Source: Octopus vulgaris (lineage: Eukaryota). Taken from it: 64,000 nt of DNA. The translations under genes were made by a program, and so were the position numbers. This document shows positions 42,079-54,612 of the stretch, in pieces. How positions within the stretch are numbered: position 1 is the first letter of the stretch; each line of letters starts with the position of its first letter. Below the pieces are notes generated by a model that ran no database searches, had not been told where the DNA came from, and saw nothing but the letters and a program-made list of their open reading frames with translations. Where the stretch lies: NCBI GenBank assembly GCA_951406725.2, contig OX597828.1, positions 16,740,001 through 16,804,000 on the forward strand. Direction: 5' to 3'.

Positions 42079-42792
42079 GAACATGTGTGTGTGTGTTTGT
42101 GCTTATATACTCACATAGGTGTGTCTTTATTTGTGTGTGCATTTGTGCGCATGGGAGTATGTACATCTTTCATCTGGTTCTAAAATTTAAACCCGCGGAT
42201 GTTTTGAATATTTATAAAACATTATTACTATTTCAACCGGATGTTCCCTGCCTCTGTAAAAAAAAAAGAAAATTTAAAAAAATACTAAAACAAATACATA
42301 TAAAATAGCCAAAAATAGTTTCGTTAATCATACGATAATCTTTTCCTTTTGGTTGTGTGTGTGTATGTGAATGTTTTTCGTGTTAACTGGTTTTTTTTTA
42401 TTTCTATACTTCAATTTTTATTTCTATATTTATTTATTTTTTTGTCGCCAAGTTCCTTGATGTTTAAAAAAGAAGATCAAATCGAATTAAATTCGCAAGA
42501 TTTGACATGACCCCTGTAATTTTAGCAAAAGAGCTGTGAAATATTTTAAGCCGATTAATTTTGATGAATTGAAATTCTGTTGGAGAGGTCATGTAATCCA
42601 AATCAATATTATGGCAGTCTTTTGGCGCGCTCGGGCTTCGTTTGTGACCATAATTTGCATATCAACTTTTATGGCTCACATATTCCATTCGATAAAGATT
42701 TTCTACAGAAATGAAAAAAAAAAATCTAGATTTACCGTAGTGAACAAAAATGCACGCAGACTTCAGAAAGTCGAATTTTAAGGAAACAAACG

Positions 42793-42910
<118 letters not shown>

Positions 42911-43188
42911 TAATTAGTGAATGGAAGAAATGGAGTTGAACGAAGATTGTACAGAATTCCTTTTATTACATTCTACACATGTTTCAAAGGCCACAATTTT
43001 CCAAATTCTGATTAAATAAGGATACCATATTGCAGCTTTCTGCTGTGATTTTTTCTACCCAGGTATCGGTTAAACTTTTGAATAATCTGTAACAAGAAAA
43101 TTCATCTTTCCATTTCAAAAAATATATATAAATATATATATATATATATGTATATATAAATACATATATGTCTATATGTATATATAAA

Positions 43189-43253
<65 letters not shown>

Positions 43254-43608
43254 TGGTGTGTCTGAGGAGAGTTATTTTCTTTTTGTGCCTTATAATGTAA
43301 CACACTTTTTTCTTATTTTTATTTTCCTAAAATTTTCGTTGCGTCTTGCAACCCTTTCAATTGTCTTGACTCTGTCCGTTATTTACACTGTCTTCCCTCA
43401 TTTATTAAACTCGGTAATGTAATTGCCACGCAATGAAAAAACACTTGCGTATTAATTATTGGGTATTCTACCAGCAGTTTATTGGATAGATATTATCCCT
43501 TATTTGGTTGGATTCACAAACTCTAACTCTCTATCGCCATAATAGATCGTTAGCCACTACAAACATTTTTTTTCTCTACTTGTTTCTCTCCTTGTTTTTC
43601 CTGTGTCC

Positions 43609-43644
43609 CTTTCTGTAGAAGAGCGAAGGCTCGAAGCGTAAAAG
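43609..43644 (+). ncRNA. Minimal hammerhead-like motif, CUGUNGAA variant (mutated GAAA)
   Basis: CUUU-CUGUAGAA-GAGC gaag GCUC-GAAG-CGU-A-AAAG. The cassette ends in (TA)n at 43742. Confidence 0.55.
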
Positions 43645-43739
43645 ACTTTTTCTATTCCTGAGCGTTATACTAATACATATGTTTGTTTTGTACACCACCT
43701 GTCTTCGTCTTTTGTTTTTTTCGTAAACTCTCCCTATAA

Positions 43740-43787
<48 letters not shown>

Positions 43788-44059
43788 GTATGAAATATGT
43801 AGATATTTATATGCATCTATAAATATTTATATAAATATATATACATACTAATATATTCTTAAACACATTCACACACACACACATGTATATATATTCGACC
43901 AAATATTCAACTATTTGCAAATTGCATTTTCTGTCATATGCGCTATTGTTTTATATTGTCAAATGTCGGAAGAGATTGAAATTTCAAGTTCCAGAAGGAA
44001 TATGTGTGCTGATGGTAAAACAGTTTGAATTTATTTGTAGTCATGCGACAATCACATAG

Positions 44060-44430
44060 AAATGTATTACGTGTTAAGATCGCAACGCGTTTAGTGCCAA
44101 ATAGTCTTCTGGAAAACGAACAAACCCGCTCCCAGAAGATTAATGTTGCTTCCACGCTTAACACTGAAACTATGGATATGATATCAGCAGGACACCAAAT
44201 CCAAAGGAAAAGTCAAGAGAAGGACTGTGGTCTCTGCACTTCTTTTGTCGACCGGAAAAAGCGCTTTAATGGCGGTCAACAGGGATGGCTTTTAGAAGAT
44301 TATGAAGATAAGAAAATTTGCCTGTGTCACTATGATCATTCAGGAAAGCACGACAATCCCCTTACTTGATGACAGAGTGACATCTGTCGATTTTAAGTGA
44401 CATATGACATCAAACAAGGCTGTGTCGTAA
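44060..44430 (+). mobile_element. RTE-clade LINE reverse-transcriptase fragment
   Basis: TMDMISAGHQIQRKSQEKDCGLCTSFVDRKK...VNRDG...IKQGCV matches the RTE RT pattern TxDMIFxxRQLQEKxxExxxxLYxxFVDLxKAF..VxRxG...GVKQGCV. Confidence 0.7.
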
Positions 44431-44951
44431 GTTTCACATATCTGAAGAATGAACTGAAATTCGTCAGCGTGAACTGCACACATAACCTTAACTCGTAATG
44501 CTATGATGAAGATCAAACGCCTGGTAGTATATTGCTTCTATTTCTTGATTCAACCATTCCGACAGAAAATAATAGATACATTGCGTTCATGTGTACTAAA
44601 TAATTAGATAAATACATATTCGTACGTATAGACTGCAAATGTCCATAGAGACAGAAAATATCAGTGGTAAAATCTCTACTTATAAGAATACTTAGATTCA
44701 CTTCCACAAACGAAGCTCTAGATAAAGAAAGCTATAGAATAAACGAAACACTAATCCTGAACGGATAATCTGACAATAATAGGTCGAGCTATAATACAAC
44801 GTAACAAATACGTCAGACAACAAAAGTACATCTACCATATATAAAATGTATGATATATGTCAAATGTATACTAACTACAGAATAGATGGTGATGTCATTA
44901 AAATGCTTCGTAAAGCTGAGCTTAACAGGTATTACACCATTTATATTCTGT

Positions 44952-45085
44952 TCTACTCTAGGCACAAGGTCCGAAACTTTTGGGGAGGGAGGCCCGTCGA
45001 TTAGATTGATCCCCATTACTCAACTGGCACTTAATTTATCGACACCGTAAGGAATTCGAACTCAGAACGTAAAGACAGACGAAAT
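44952..45085 (-). mobile_element. SINE family C fragment, head-to-head with the tandem array
   Basis: Contains GAACTCAGAACGTAAAGACAGACGAAATA, the reverse complement of the family C body. Confidence 0.8.
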
Positions 45086-45110
45086 AAAATTGATATTAAA
45101 ATAACACTAA

Positions 45111-45850
45111 GGCGGCGAGCTGGCAGAAACGTTAGCACGCCGGGCGAAATGCTCAGCAGTATTTCGTCTGTCGCTACGTTCTGAGTTCAAATTCCGCCGA
45201 GGTCGACTTTGCCTTTCATCCTTTCGGGGTCGATTAAATAAGTACCCGTTACGCACTGGGGTCGATGTAATCGACTTAATCCGTTTGTCTGTCCTTGTTT
45301 GTTCCCTCTATGTTTAGCCCCTTGTGGCTAATAAAGAAATAAGAAACGTTAGCACACCGGGCGGAATGCTTAGCGGTATTTCGTTTAGCGTTACATTCTG
45401 AGTTCAAACTACGCCGAGGACGACTTTGCCTTTCATCCTTTCGGGGTCGATTAAATATCAGTTACGCACTGGGGTCGATGTAATCGATTGAAACCCTTTG
45501 TCTGTCCTTGTTTGTCTCCTCTATGCTTAGCACCTCCTGTGGGCAGTAAAGAAATAAGAATCGTTAGCACGCCGGAGAAAGTGTTTACCCGCATTTCGTC
45601 CGTCTTTACGTTCTGATTCCAAATTCCGCTGAGGTTGACTTTTCCTTTCATCCTTTCAAGGTCGATAAAATATGTACCAGTTCAGCCCTGGGGTTGTTGT
45701 AATTGACTTTACCCCTAACTTTGAAAACAATGTTATAGCCCCACCAAGGCGTCGTTCTGACAGAATCGGTAGCATCTAGGGGAAAATTCTTGGCGGCATG
45801 TCGTCTGTCTTTTACGTTCTGAGTTGAAATTCCGCCGAGGGTGACTTTAT
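45111..45850 (+). mobile_element. Tandem array of four family C SINE units
   Basis: Units at 45111-45342, 45343-45557, 45558-~45727 and 45748-45850. Each has the B-box-like TTCTGAGTTCAAATTCC and the central GGTCGACTTTGCCTTTCATCCTTTCGGGGTCGAT (truncated in unit 4). From memory this resembles the MetaSINE central domain. Confidence 0.9.
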
Positions 45851-46168
45851 ATTAAGCCCCACTAACATTGAAATCCTTTTCAGCAATAATAATTATGAAA
45901 CATGATAACGCGGAAACAAGCTACCATTGACCAAGTCGTTTCAGAAATTGTATTGCAAATTCGAAAGTTATTAATATCACGACTTCAACGGTTATATTAG
46001 TCATAAAATACGACACTCCATCGCCGTCATAGCATAGAGCGGGGAGCAGTTATAATGCGCTATATCAAATCACAAAATAAAACTAGATAGAAAAATAAAT
46101 AAGGCAACATATCTAGGAAGAATTCTCCACGTGATAATGTTTTGTTGAAGAAAATTATTCTTAGTATA

Positions 46169-46894
46169 CGAGGTCTGATCAATAAGTATCCGGACTGTCA
46201 CCATAGTAACAAAGGATAAGCACGCGGAATAAAGCCGCTCTGCAAAGATAGACCTTGAGCTCTGCTCTGTACGTGCACTGAGTTTTAACGCCCTAGATCA
46301 CTTCGGCTGTTTACAGCAGTGCTTGGAATGAAGGATGTAGTGTGTAATCATCGCATTTACGACGACAGAGAAAGATGTCATGGCGACACCTGCTCAGAAG
46401 CCTTTGCAAAGTTGCGGAAAGCGAATGGAGAGGAGTGTATCATAGGATGTGCCGCTTAGTTACGGTTTAGTTCAGTCCATTATCACTGAAGATTTGGGCA
46501 TCAGACGCGCGCGTCTGCCATGTTTGTGCCAAAACTGCTTTCAGCTAACCAAAAAGATACTCGGTTTCAGTGGTACAAGATCTGTTTGATTGTCTCGAGA
46601 AGGATGAAAGCTTTTTGGAAACTTTGCGTAGGCCTCTGAGCAGGCATCGCCAAGCTTTCGGCAAAATCCAATGCAGATTCTCTGCTCAACTTTCTGTCGA
46701 AGTCAATGCGACGATCATACGCTACACACCTTCCTTCGAAGCATTACTCTAAACAACGAAAGTAAGCTAGAACGTTAAAACTTAGAGCGCATGCGCACCA
46801 GAGTTCAAGGTCAATTTGTGCCAAACAGCTTCACCTCGCATTCTTTAGCTTCGTTAGTATGGCAACAGTCTGGATATTTATTGATCAGACCACA
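46169..46894 (+). mobile_element. Non-autonomous mariner element with ~200-bp imperfect terminal inverted repeats and TA target duplication
   Basis: TA|CGAGGTCTGATCAATAAGTATCCGGACTG ... CAGTCTGGATATTTATTGATCAGACCACA|TA. Internal transposase remnant VQSIITEDLGIRR..SAMFVPKLLSANQK (WVPREL-type motif). Confidence 0.88.
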
Positions 46895-47089
46895 TAGTAA
46901 TATACATAAGTGATACTCGTAGCACTGCACAGCCTTAAAATATACGCACTGTAAACATGTAATAGTTACAATCATACGATTCACGATGTATTAAATTTTA
47001 AATCCCATCAGACCTAACTACAAAGAAAAAATAGGCACACACGCCAACATCACTTCATTTTGAAGATGATATTATGAAATCTATAAACA

Positions 47090-47300
47090 CGTGTAGCTTA
47101 GTGGTTAGAGTGTTGGACTCATTATCGTAAGATTGTGGTTTCCATTCCTTGACTGGGTGGCGCATTGTGTTCTTGAGCAAAACACATCATTTCACGTTGC
47201 TTCAGTTCACTGAGCTGGTAAAATTGAGCAATCCTTCGACGGAATTTATACCTCATGGAAACCGGGGAACTAGTCCTTATGAGTCGGCATGATTCGAGTA
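47090..47300 (+). mobile_element. tRNA-headed SINE family D (CORE-like TGTGTTCTTGAGCAAAACAC body; 3' end shared with family A)
   Basis: A box TAGCTTAGTGG, B-box-like GGTTTCCATTCC and tail GGAAACCGGGGAACT..CCTTATGAG. Minus-strand relatives at ~310-447 and ~15690-15835. Confidence 0.65.
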
Positions 47301-48250
47301 ACTTTCACTTTAATTTAGGATTCACACCGAAGCAGACTACTTTATGACCTTAGTTAATGACCATGTCTGAGCCTGATATTACGATTTGAAAATAAAGTTT
47401 GTATCGTTCGCATACAACTCGTTGATTGAATCACATACACATTCCATTAACTGGGAACTCTCCTGAATTAACATCTCTTCGGTTCCCGCTTTTGCACACA
47501 GACACAGCACACAAGCACAAACATTAATATTTTTTTAACAACATGCTATCCAATGGTTATTTTTTTGTTTAGTGTTAAGTGCCATCCTCAGTAAAATCAA
47601 TGCCAATGAAACACCGGATCTGTTTTCACAGATTTAAATACCTTTGCTATCAAATTGTTCAATGATGGCGCGGATACAGAAAATTTTATGTTTCGTTTCA
47701 TTGCAATAAATCTTAAAACTAAATGTTATATAAACGGAGCACGATACTTTTCCTAGACTAGATAAATTTAAATGAAGCGTATGTTCTTTATCACGCCTGC
47801 CGCCTTTTCAACTCTATTTGTTTAAACAACGCCTTTACGCTAGTTTCTACGTGGCCCTTCAACCTGTTAGTAATATCAGACACATCATTCCTTTAGAACA
47901 TACATTTTCTCCTTGTGTAATATCAATGAAGGTCTTATGTAACAGCAAATATAATGCATTTCGGTAGGAGCGTCAACCACAACAACAACCATCACAATCA
48001 TCTGATATCCTTCAACATTTCCCTTGTATCAAAGTTAATCAGTTCTTTATGTTAGGGCTGATTAGTTCCCCGTAAAAGTTTATTAATTCTTCATAAAGAT
48101 TTATTAGGTCTTAAGGGTTAATATACAGTAATAAGAAGAGAGCAAACAAATAATAGATGCGAACAGCATATCAGTAAAACATGTATGTGCGTATATATAT
48201 ATACATACATACATGCATCCATTAATATATATATATATATATAAATAGAT

Positions 48251-48328
48251 AATACTTATCTATTTTTATATGTATAATTCTACACCTATGGGGCTTTATT
48301 TTACTGAAAAGTAATATATTTGTATTGC

Positions 48329-48363
<35 letters not shown>

Positions 48364-48441
48364 GCAATGCAAATATATTGCTTTCCAGTAAAATAAAGCC
48401 CCATAGGTGTAGAATTATACATATAAAAATAGATAAGTATT
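48251..48441. repeat. Inverted repeat (~80-bp arms) centred on a (TA)n tract
   Basis: AATACTTATCTATTTTTATATGTATAATTCTACACCTATGGGGCTTTATTTTACTG... is mirrored at 48361-48441. Confidence 0.9.
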
Positions 48442-48525
48442 TGTATCTCTCTCTCTCTATCTCTGTATACCGTTGGCGATTTTTGTTCCTCTGTCTTCCC
48501 TTCTCTGGATCTTTCCTTCTCCTAT

Positions 48526-48560
48526 GTTTCCGACGAAGAGCTCCGCTCGAAACGTTAAAC
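48526..48560 (+). ncRNA. Minimal hammerhead ribozyme variant (U4C core, extra A after A9)
   Basis: GUUU-CCGACGAA-GAGC ucc GCUC-GAA-ACGU-U-AAAC. Palindromic ACGU stem III. Confidence 0.7.
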
Positions 48561-48734
48561 CTTCCTTCTTCCCTTCTTTCCTGAGCGTCCAATAATACTA
48601 TACTTGTTCCACGTCCTCGCGTTGTTGTGTTCTTTTTTGTGTTTTCTTGTTTGGATTAACTATATATATATATATGTATGTAGATATATATGTGTATTTA
48701 TATATGTATGCATGCATGTATATGTTTGTGTGTA

Positions 48735-48847
<113 letters not shown>

Positions 48848-48861
48848 TTATCTATCTATCG

Positions 48862-48933
<72 letters not shown>

Positions 48934-48936
48934 GTA

Positions 48937-48981
<45 letters not shown>

Positions 48982-49164
48982 ATATACATATAAATATAAT
49001 TTAAAACCAATCATAGGACATGCTATGTATGTCTACCTGCTGGGAATAACAGTAAAATATCTTATTTAAATCGCCGAAATACACTAATAATAACTACAGA
49101 AATCAACTGTCCGAAGGCAAACGGTCGAAGACAACCTCGCAGCATACATTCAAGTATTTTAACT

Positions 49165-49217
49165 CACGTGGACCGGTTTCTGGACTGGCATAATAGCCTC
49201 ACCATCCTCAGCACACA
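49165..49217 (-). ncRNA. Canonical minimal type I hammerhead ribozyme (PLE type, palindromic stem III)
   Basis: Minus strand: UGUGUG-CUGAGGA-UGG..GGC uauuau GCC..CCA-GAA-ACCGGU-C-CACGUG. Intact core, GUC triplet, self-complementary ACCGGU stem III. Confidence 0.8.
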
Positions 49218-50647
49218 TTACTATGATAGAGAGCCTTCCCAACCCGTCATATATATATATATATGTATGTGCGTATTTCTGTATGAACATTACAATATTC
49301 CTGTAATTATTTATATTGTTATTGGCAGATGAAATGAACAGTAAATACACAGATATGTTAGCACACTGGGACGATGAAATGACATCATTATGCTATAAAT
49401 TAGTTTAACTCTCTTGACGACATTGCTTCCGAGCAGAAGATATATTTGCGTGTTTGATTTACTATTTGTGTTTTCTTATGAATATTTATTTCAATATGTT
49501 TTCAACAAGATAAGAGTCTTTCGTTAATCGAACTTTTAAAGAATATAACCAGTTGTCATTTGTTTAACCCCCGTCTCCTGCAGTTAACTTTAAGTGAAGT
49601 TTATTAAGAATGTGACACACTTCTAATAAACTCTAATTCCTATATAATTGTTGTCAAGTATTTAGGCTTCTGTCTAAACACATTCAGGCTCACGTAACAT
49701 TAAAAAAAAATCACTCCTCAACTGTAACGAGTCTGTCAATAAAACTCCACTATCATAACAGCTGCTTTCACGGTATGTGTTAACAGCTCTGTCATTTCAT
49801 TAAATATATTGACAAAAGACATTATATTCCTCCTTCAGTTTCCAATCCCCTTACTAAAGGCAAGGAAGTTGTTAATACTGATAAAAGAAGCTGCCCTATC
49901 AAGCAAAATTACTGATAGCGTAACCATTAAGCGTGCGCTCAGAATTAACATGTTAGCTCTTGTTTCATCGAAATAATGTGACTTATCTCTTGATATGTCG
50001 GACAGTTTTCGTTTCTTGTTATTGTATCTGCTAAAGAATAAAGCTTTCAGCGTTAAAATAGGCTGCAATTATCCTAGATTACTGGCGGTGGCTTGTCTTT
50101 TGGTGTCGTAACACTTGCAAGCACACGACTAGGCGAACGGAAAATGCTTTCATTGCAGCAGGTTGTAATAAATTGTTGTTGAACACATGTGTATTCTTGT
50201 CACCCGACAAACTTATCTTTTCTAACTTCCTTTATGGCCTCTATCTGCAGCATATTGTTCTAACAATAGCCTGGCCATAAACAAAGACTGTTGAATGTTT
50301 AAACCTTTTTTGTTATTATTTGTTGCTCTTTGTTTGTGCTTCTTCACTTAACGAAGGTACATTTCTTTCTTCAGCGATGGAGTTCAACGTACTTCTCTTT
50401 TTTTGTTTTGTAAATATAATTAAACAAGCATTTGTAGCCTTCAAAATACTTGTACCAAGGTAACCCAAAATCACCTAACGCCCAGTTTAATTGCTATGAT
50501 ATGTTTATCCAGTATTTGGACAAAGAACCGTGATCTCTAGTGAGTAGGATCTCCACATTCTGTATGTGATGATCCAGGTTCGCGCTCATGCCACGTCAAT
50601 TTATAGACAAAGCAATGACTTAGTACATGAGAAGCTCCCGTCACAAT

Positions 50648-50972
<325 letters not shown>

Positions 50973-51029
50973 ATTTCGTTTTTGGATTTGGTTTGCAGGA
51001 TTCTTTATATAATGCTCGTGTGTTGAAGC

Positions 51030-51212
51030 ATATTCTGTTGGGTCTGGGGAGAGCCATTTTCTTTTAGTGCCTTATAATTTAACACACTGAGCGGTAAGAC
51101 GCAAAGAAAATTTTAGGACAATAAAAATAGGAAATAAGTGGAAATTTTACCGGTGAGTGTGTTTAATTATAAGGCAAAAACAGAAAATGACTCTCCCCAG
51201 ACACAACAGTAT
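51030..51212. repeat. Fold-back cassette; family also present at 43253-43350
   Basis: CTGTTGGGTCTGGGGAGAGCCATTTTC...TTATAATTTAACACACT is inverted at 51136-51210. A homologue follows (TA)n at 43253. Confidence 0.75.
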
Positions 51213-51230
51213 ATATATATATATATAACG

Positions 51231-51755
51231 TAACAAACTAAGGAAAGGAATTCCTTCAAAGGGGTGTGTGAAACATCCAATTCACTGGTACGTCAGTTGA
51301 ATACCACATAAATAAGCGTGCAATGCAAATTACAAATAATAAATTAAATAGAGAGATTCACACGACAATCTAACAAGTTATTTATGTTATAATATAACAT
51401 AATATACTATGAATACAATATAATATAAGATAACATAAAAAAATCATTAAAAGACCAAAAGAGCCTATGATTTGTTTCGACTTATATACATTATTTGATT
51501 TATAATTTTTTCTCCATCCAGCCGTCCTTTTACACGGAATTTCGTCGGTCTTTAAACCAAAGCTCTGAAGAGACTCTTAGAAATGGATATGAATTGTTTA
51601 TAAATCAAATAATGTATATAAGTCGAAACATATTCTTGGCGCTTTTGGTTTCTTAAAGATTTTTTAATGTTATCTTACATTATATTATATTCATAGTATA
51701 TTATGTTAAATATAAATAAATTATTGGATTGTCAATTAAATCTCCCTATGGAATT
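51231..51755. mobile_element. Inverted (fold-back) PLE pseudo-LTR-like cassette between (TA)n tracts with degenerate HHR (51561-51641)
   Basis: ~51345-51505 is the reverse complement of ~51597-51750. HHR-like AGCT-CTGAAGA-GACT...AGTC-GAAAC. Homologous to 12650-13010. Confidence 0.7.
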
Positions 51756-52156
51756 TATATATATATATATATATATATATACATGTGTGTTTGTGTATAG
51801 AAAGATGCTACATTGTATAACTATATCATTCTAAATATAGCAACGTATTTTAGTGTATTAAACGTGCCTTCATTCGCTTTGACCGCATCGGTTTGTTCCT
51901 GCCCCGAGAATCCGTTAACAACAGTTGTACCATCGCCTTTCCATCATCACTCCGTCGCTTTCCACCAGCCCAAGTCGCTCCCCACATCTCACAACCATCG
52001 CCCCCATGTTCTTCAGTGAATCAGAAGAATGTCACTTTCATATCTCACATTCTTACATCAATTATTGATTTTTACCATTTTTTTTTATTCTCTACTCATC
52101 AACCTCCATCGAGACAAACCAATATACATACAAACATAGATATATGTATATTTATG

Positions 52157-52191
<35 letters not shown>

Positions 52192-52315
52192 ATTTATGTA
52201 CATATATATATGTATAAAGTACAGACGTACACACACACGTGCACAAACACACACACATATATATATATATATATATGCATGCACATACATGCATACATAG
52301 ATACATACACACACT

Positions 52316-52380
<65 letters not shown>

Positions 52381-53994
52381 TGCGTTTGAGTGTGTGTCCT
52401 AGAACATTTAAACACTGTCAAACACAACCAGTCATTGCAAAGAAAGCGAAGGTTCCCGCCTGCCACCGACTCTCCACTTCTCTCATGAATAACCCATAAA
52501 AACATTGCCAAAGAACAAATCTCTCTTTACTTACAAGGACACAAACTGTCTCCAATGTTCCCTGGTATAACGAAGAAAATTGATTTTCTCTTTGTGGATC
52601 AAAAAAAAAGTTCTTTACGAGCAAATAAAAGTCCTATTAAATAATATTTTCTCTTTATATGATAGATCACGCATCTGGAACAAAAAACAAAACAAAACAA
52701 AACAAAAAAAAAACGAAAAGACAAAAATTAAACAAATAAGAAATGAAATCTGCTTATTTACTGAATTCTGAACAAGCATTGAAATCTCTTTCTCTCTCTC
52801 TTACTTTCTCATATTCGTTATCTTCTCTCTCTCACTCTCCCTCTGTCGTTCATGTTCATTGTCTTCACTTCGAAGACAACTCCATTTGATGAAAATTATT
52901 CGCATCACCCCTGTAGATTCATGCGTGATAAGAAATTAGAAAATCATGATTTATTTCCTGTAAGAGGACTCCTTCATTTAAGAATACTTAAGATGAATAT
53001 GATAAACGTTGCATGAATAGCATCCATCTCAATGAATCATATACTGTTAGCTTTTGAAACATTTCCTGCAATGTATCAACCAAATCTATTAACCATTAAG
53101 AAGAAAGACTGTTTATTTATTTTTTTTCTTCTAGAGTGTGAACTTTTGTTAGCAGCTAAAATCGTATACCTTCAGGTTTTTTACGTAAAGTTTTATTATT
53201 TTTCTCTGTCTCTCTCTGTCTCTCTCTCTCTCTCTGTTTCTTTTTCTTTTTCTTTACCTGAAGCTTTGACGCGAAGAAATTTTTTCTGCTTAGTTTGGAA
53301 ATATCTTTGAATATTTCCTACGTGACAAAATAAAACAAATGTCACAAAACAAACAGGTTCCGCGATAGTTTTACAGCCAAAAACAAATAATGATTTCTAA
53401 CATTTGTACCAGATCACACGTTTAGGTGTGTGAATGGGGTAGAATTGATTTTAACGCCCCCACTCTCTAACTGGTACTTATTTATTTCATCGTCCTTTCC
53501 GTCGAAGATGAACGAATAATTTCAGCATCAGTGTGACATCTTGTGAATGTATAACGTAAAGGGAGGTAATTAGATTGGACAATAATATCGTGCGTTTCTT
53601 TATTGATTCTGTCGTCCATTGTGCACCCATAAGTAACTTATCTTTCTTTTTTTAATCGTATACTTGTTTCAGTCACTGGACTTTCGGTATGCTGGATCGC
53701 TTCCTTGAAGTGTTTAGTTGGGCAAATCCAAACCAGTACGTATATTTTTCTTTCTAAGCCTTGTTCTTCCCCTATCGGTTACTCTTTTACTCTTTTACTT
53801 GTTTCAGTCATTTGATTGTGGCCATGCTGGAGCACCGTCTTTAGTCGAGCAAATCGACCCCAGGACTTATTCTTTGTAAGCCTAGTACTTATTGTATCGT
53901 TCTCTTTTGCCGAACCGCTAAGTGACGGGGACGTAAACACACCAGCATCGGTTGTCAAGCGATGTTGGGGGGACAAACACATACACACAAACAT

Positions 53995-54060
<66 letters not shown>

Positions 54061-54066
<6 letters not shown>

Positions 54067-54192
54067 TATATAGAAGGAGCTTCTACAGGACTAGAACTGT
54101 TTCATTCAAGAGAAATCTTCAGGAAGCTTCCTGAAGATTTCTCTTGAATGAAACAGTTCTAGTCCTGTAGAAGCTCCTTCTATATAATAAAT
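54061..54192. repeat. Perfect 132-bp palindrome (66-bp arms, no spacer)
   Basis: Axis GGAAG|CTTCC between 54126 and 54127. The arms are exact reverse complements by eye. Confidence 0.95.
54125..54175 (+). ncRNA. Type I hammerhead ribozyme motif (mirrored on the minus strand at 54078-54128)
   Basis: AGCUUC-CUGAAGA-uUUC ucuu GAAu-GAA-ACAG uucuaguc CUGU-A-GAAGCU: 6-bp stem I, 4-bp stem III, GUA triplet, followed by AATAAA at 54186. U-U mismatch at the base of stem II. Confidence 0.7.
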
Positions 54193-54261
54193 TAATTTTA
54201 CTCTGCTATGTATTGAGTACCTTATTTACTGTGGTTAACCCCGAATCAACCCGGGACCTAC

Positions 54262-54292
<31 letters not shown>

Positions 54293-54550
54293 TACAACGG
54301 GCTTCTTTCAGTTTCCGTCTACCAATTCCGCTCACAAGGCTTTGGTCGGCCCGAGGCTATAGTAGAAGACACTTGCCCAAGGTGCCTCGCAGTGGGACTG
54401 AACCCGGAACCATGTGGTTGGTAAGCAAGCTACTTACTACACAGCCACTCCTACGGGTATCGAACTTCTGAACTTCAAATTTCCAAGGCGTAAGCAAACC
54501 TACACCAGATTTCAAAAAGTGATGCGCAAACTCACAGATACGCACACATG

Positions 54551-54612
54551 TACGAAGCGGTATCAAAAGGTTCTCGGACCAGTTCTTTAGCGCACCAGCA
54601 GATGGCACACAA
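54551..54612 (+). mobile_element. Mariner-like left terminus fragment
   Basis: TA|CGAAGCGGTATCAAAAGGTTCTCGGAC resembles mariner TIRs (compare 46169). Confidence 0.4.

Larger units (their letters stand above)
53779..54454 (-). mobile_element. SINE family B interrupted within its (TA)n tract by a palindromic HHR cassette
   Basis: 53779-54015 and 54295-54454 align with the two halves of 15900-16319. The extra ~200 bp (54061-54260) lies between two (TA)n tracts. Confidence 0.9.

Noticed and set aside
42912-43110. Minus-strand GAAACATGTGTA..AATAAA (3' half of a possible HHR/pLTR) between (TA)n tracts
   Set aside because: No CUGANGA or stem I 5' strand was found, so a ribozyme call cannot be supported.
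49300-50450. Possible ancient transposase remnant in unique-looking sequence
   Set aside because: Only vague motif resemblance was seen; no ordered, convincing motifs could be read by eye.
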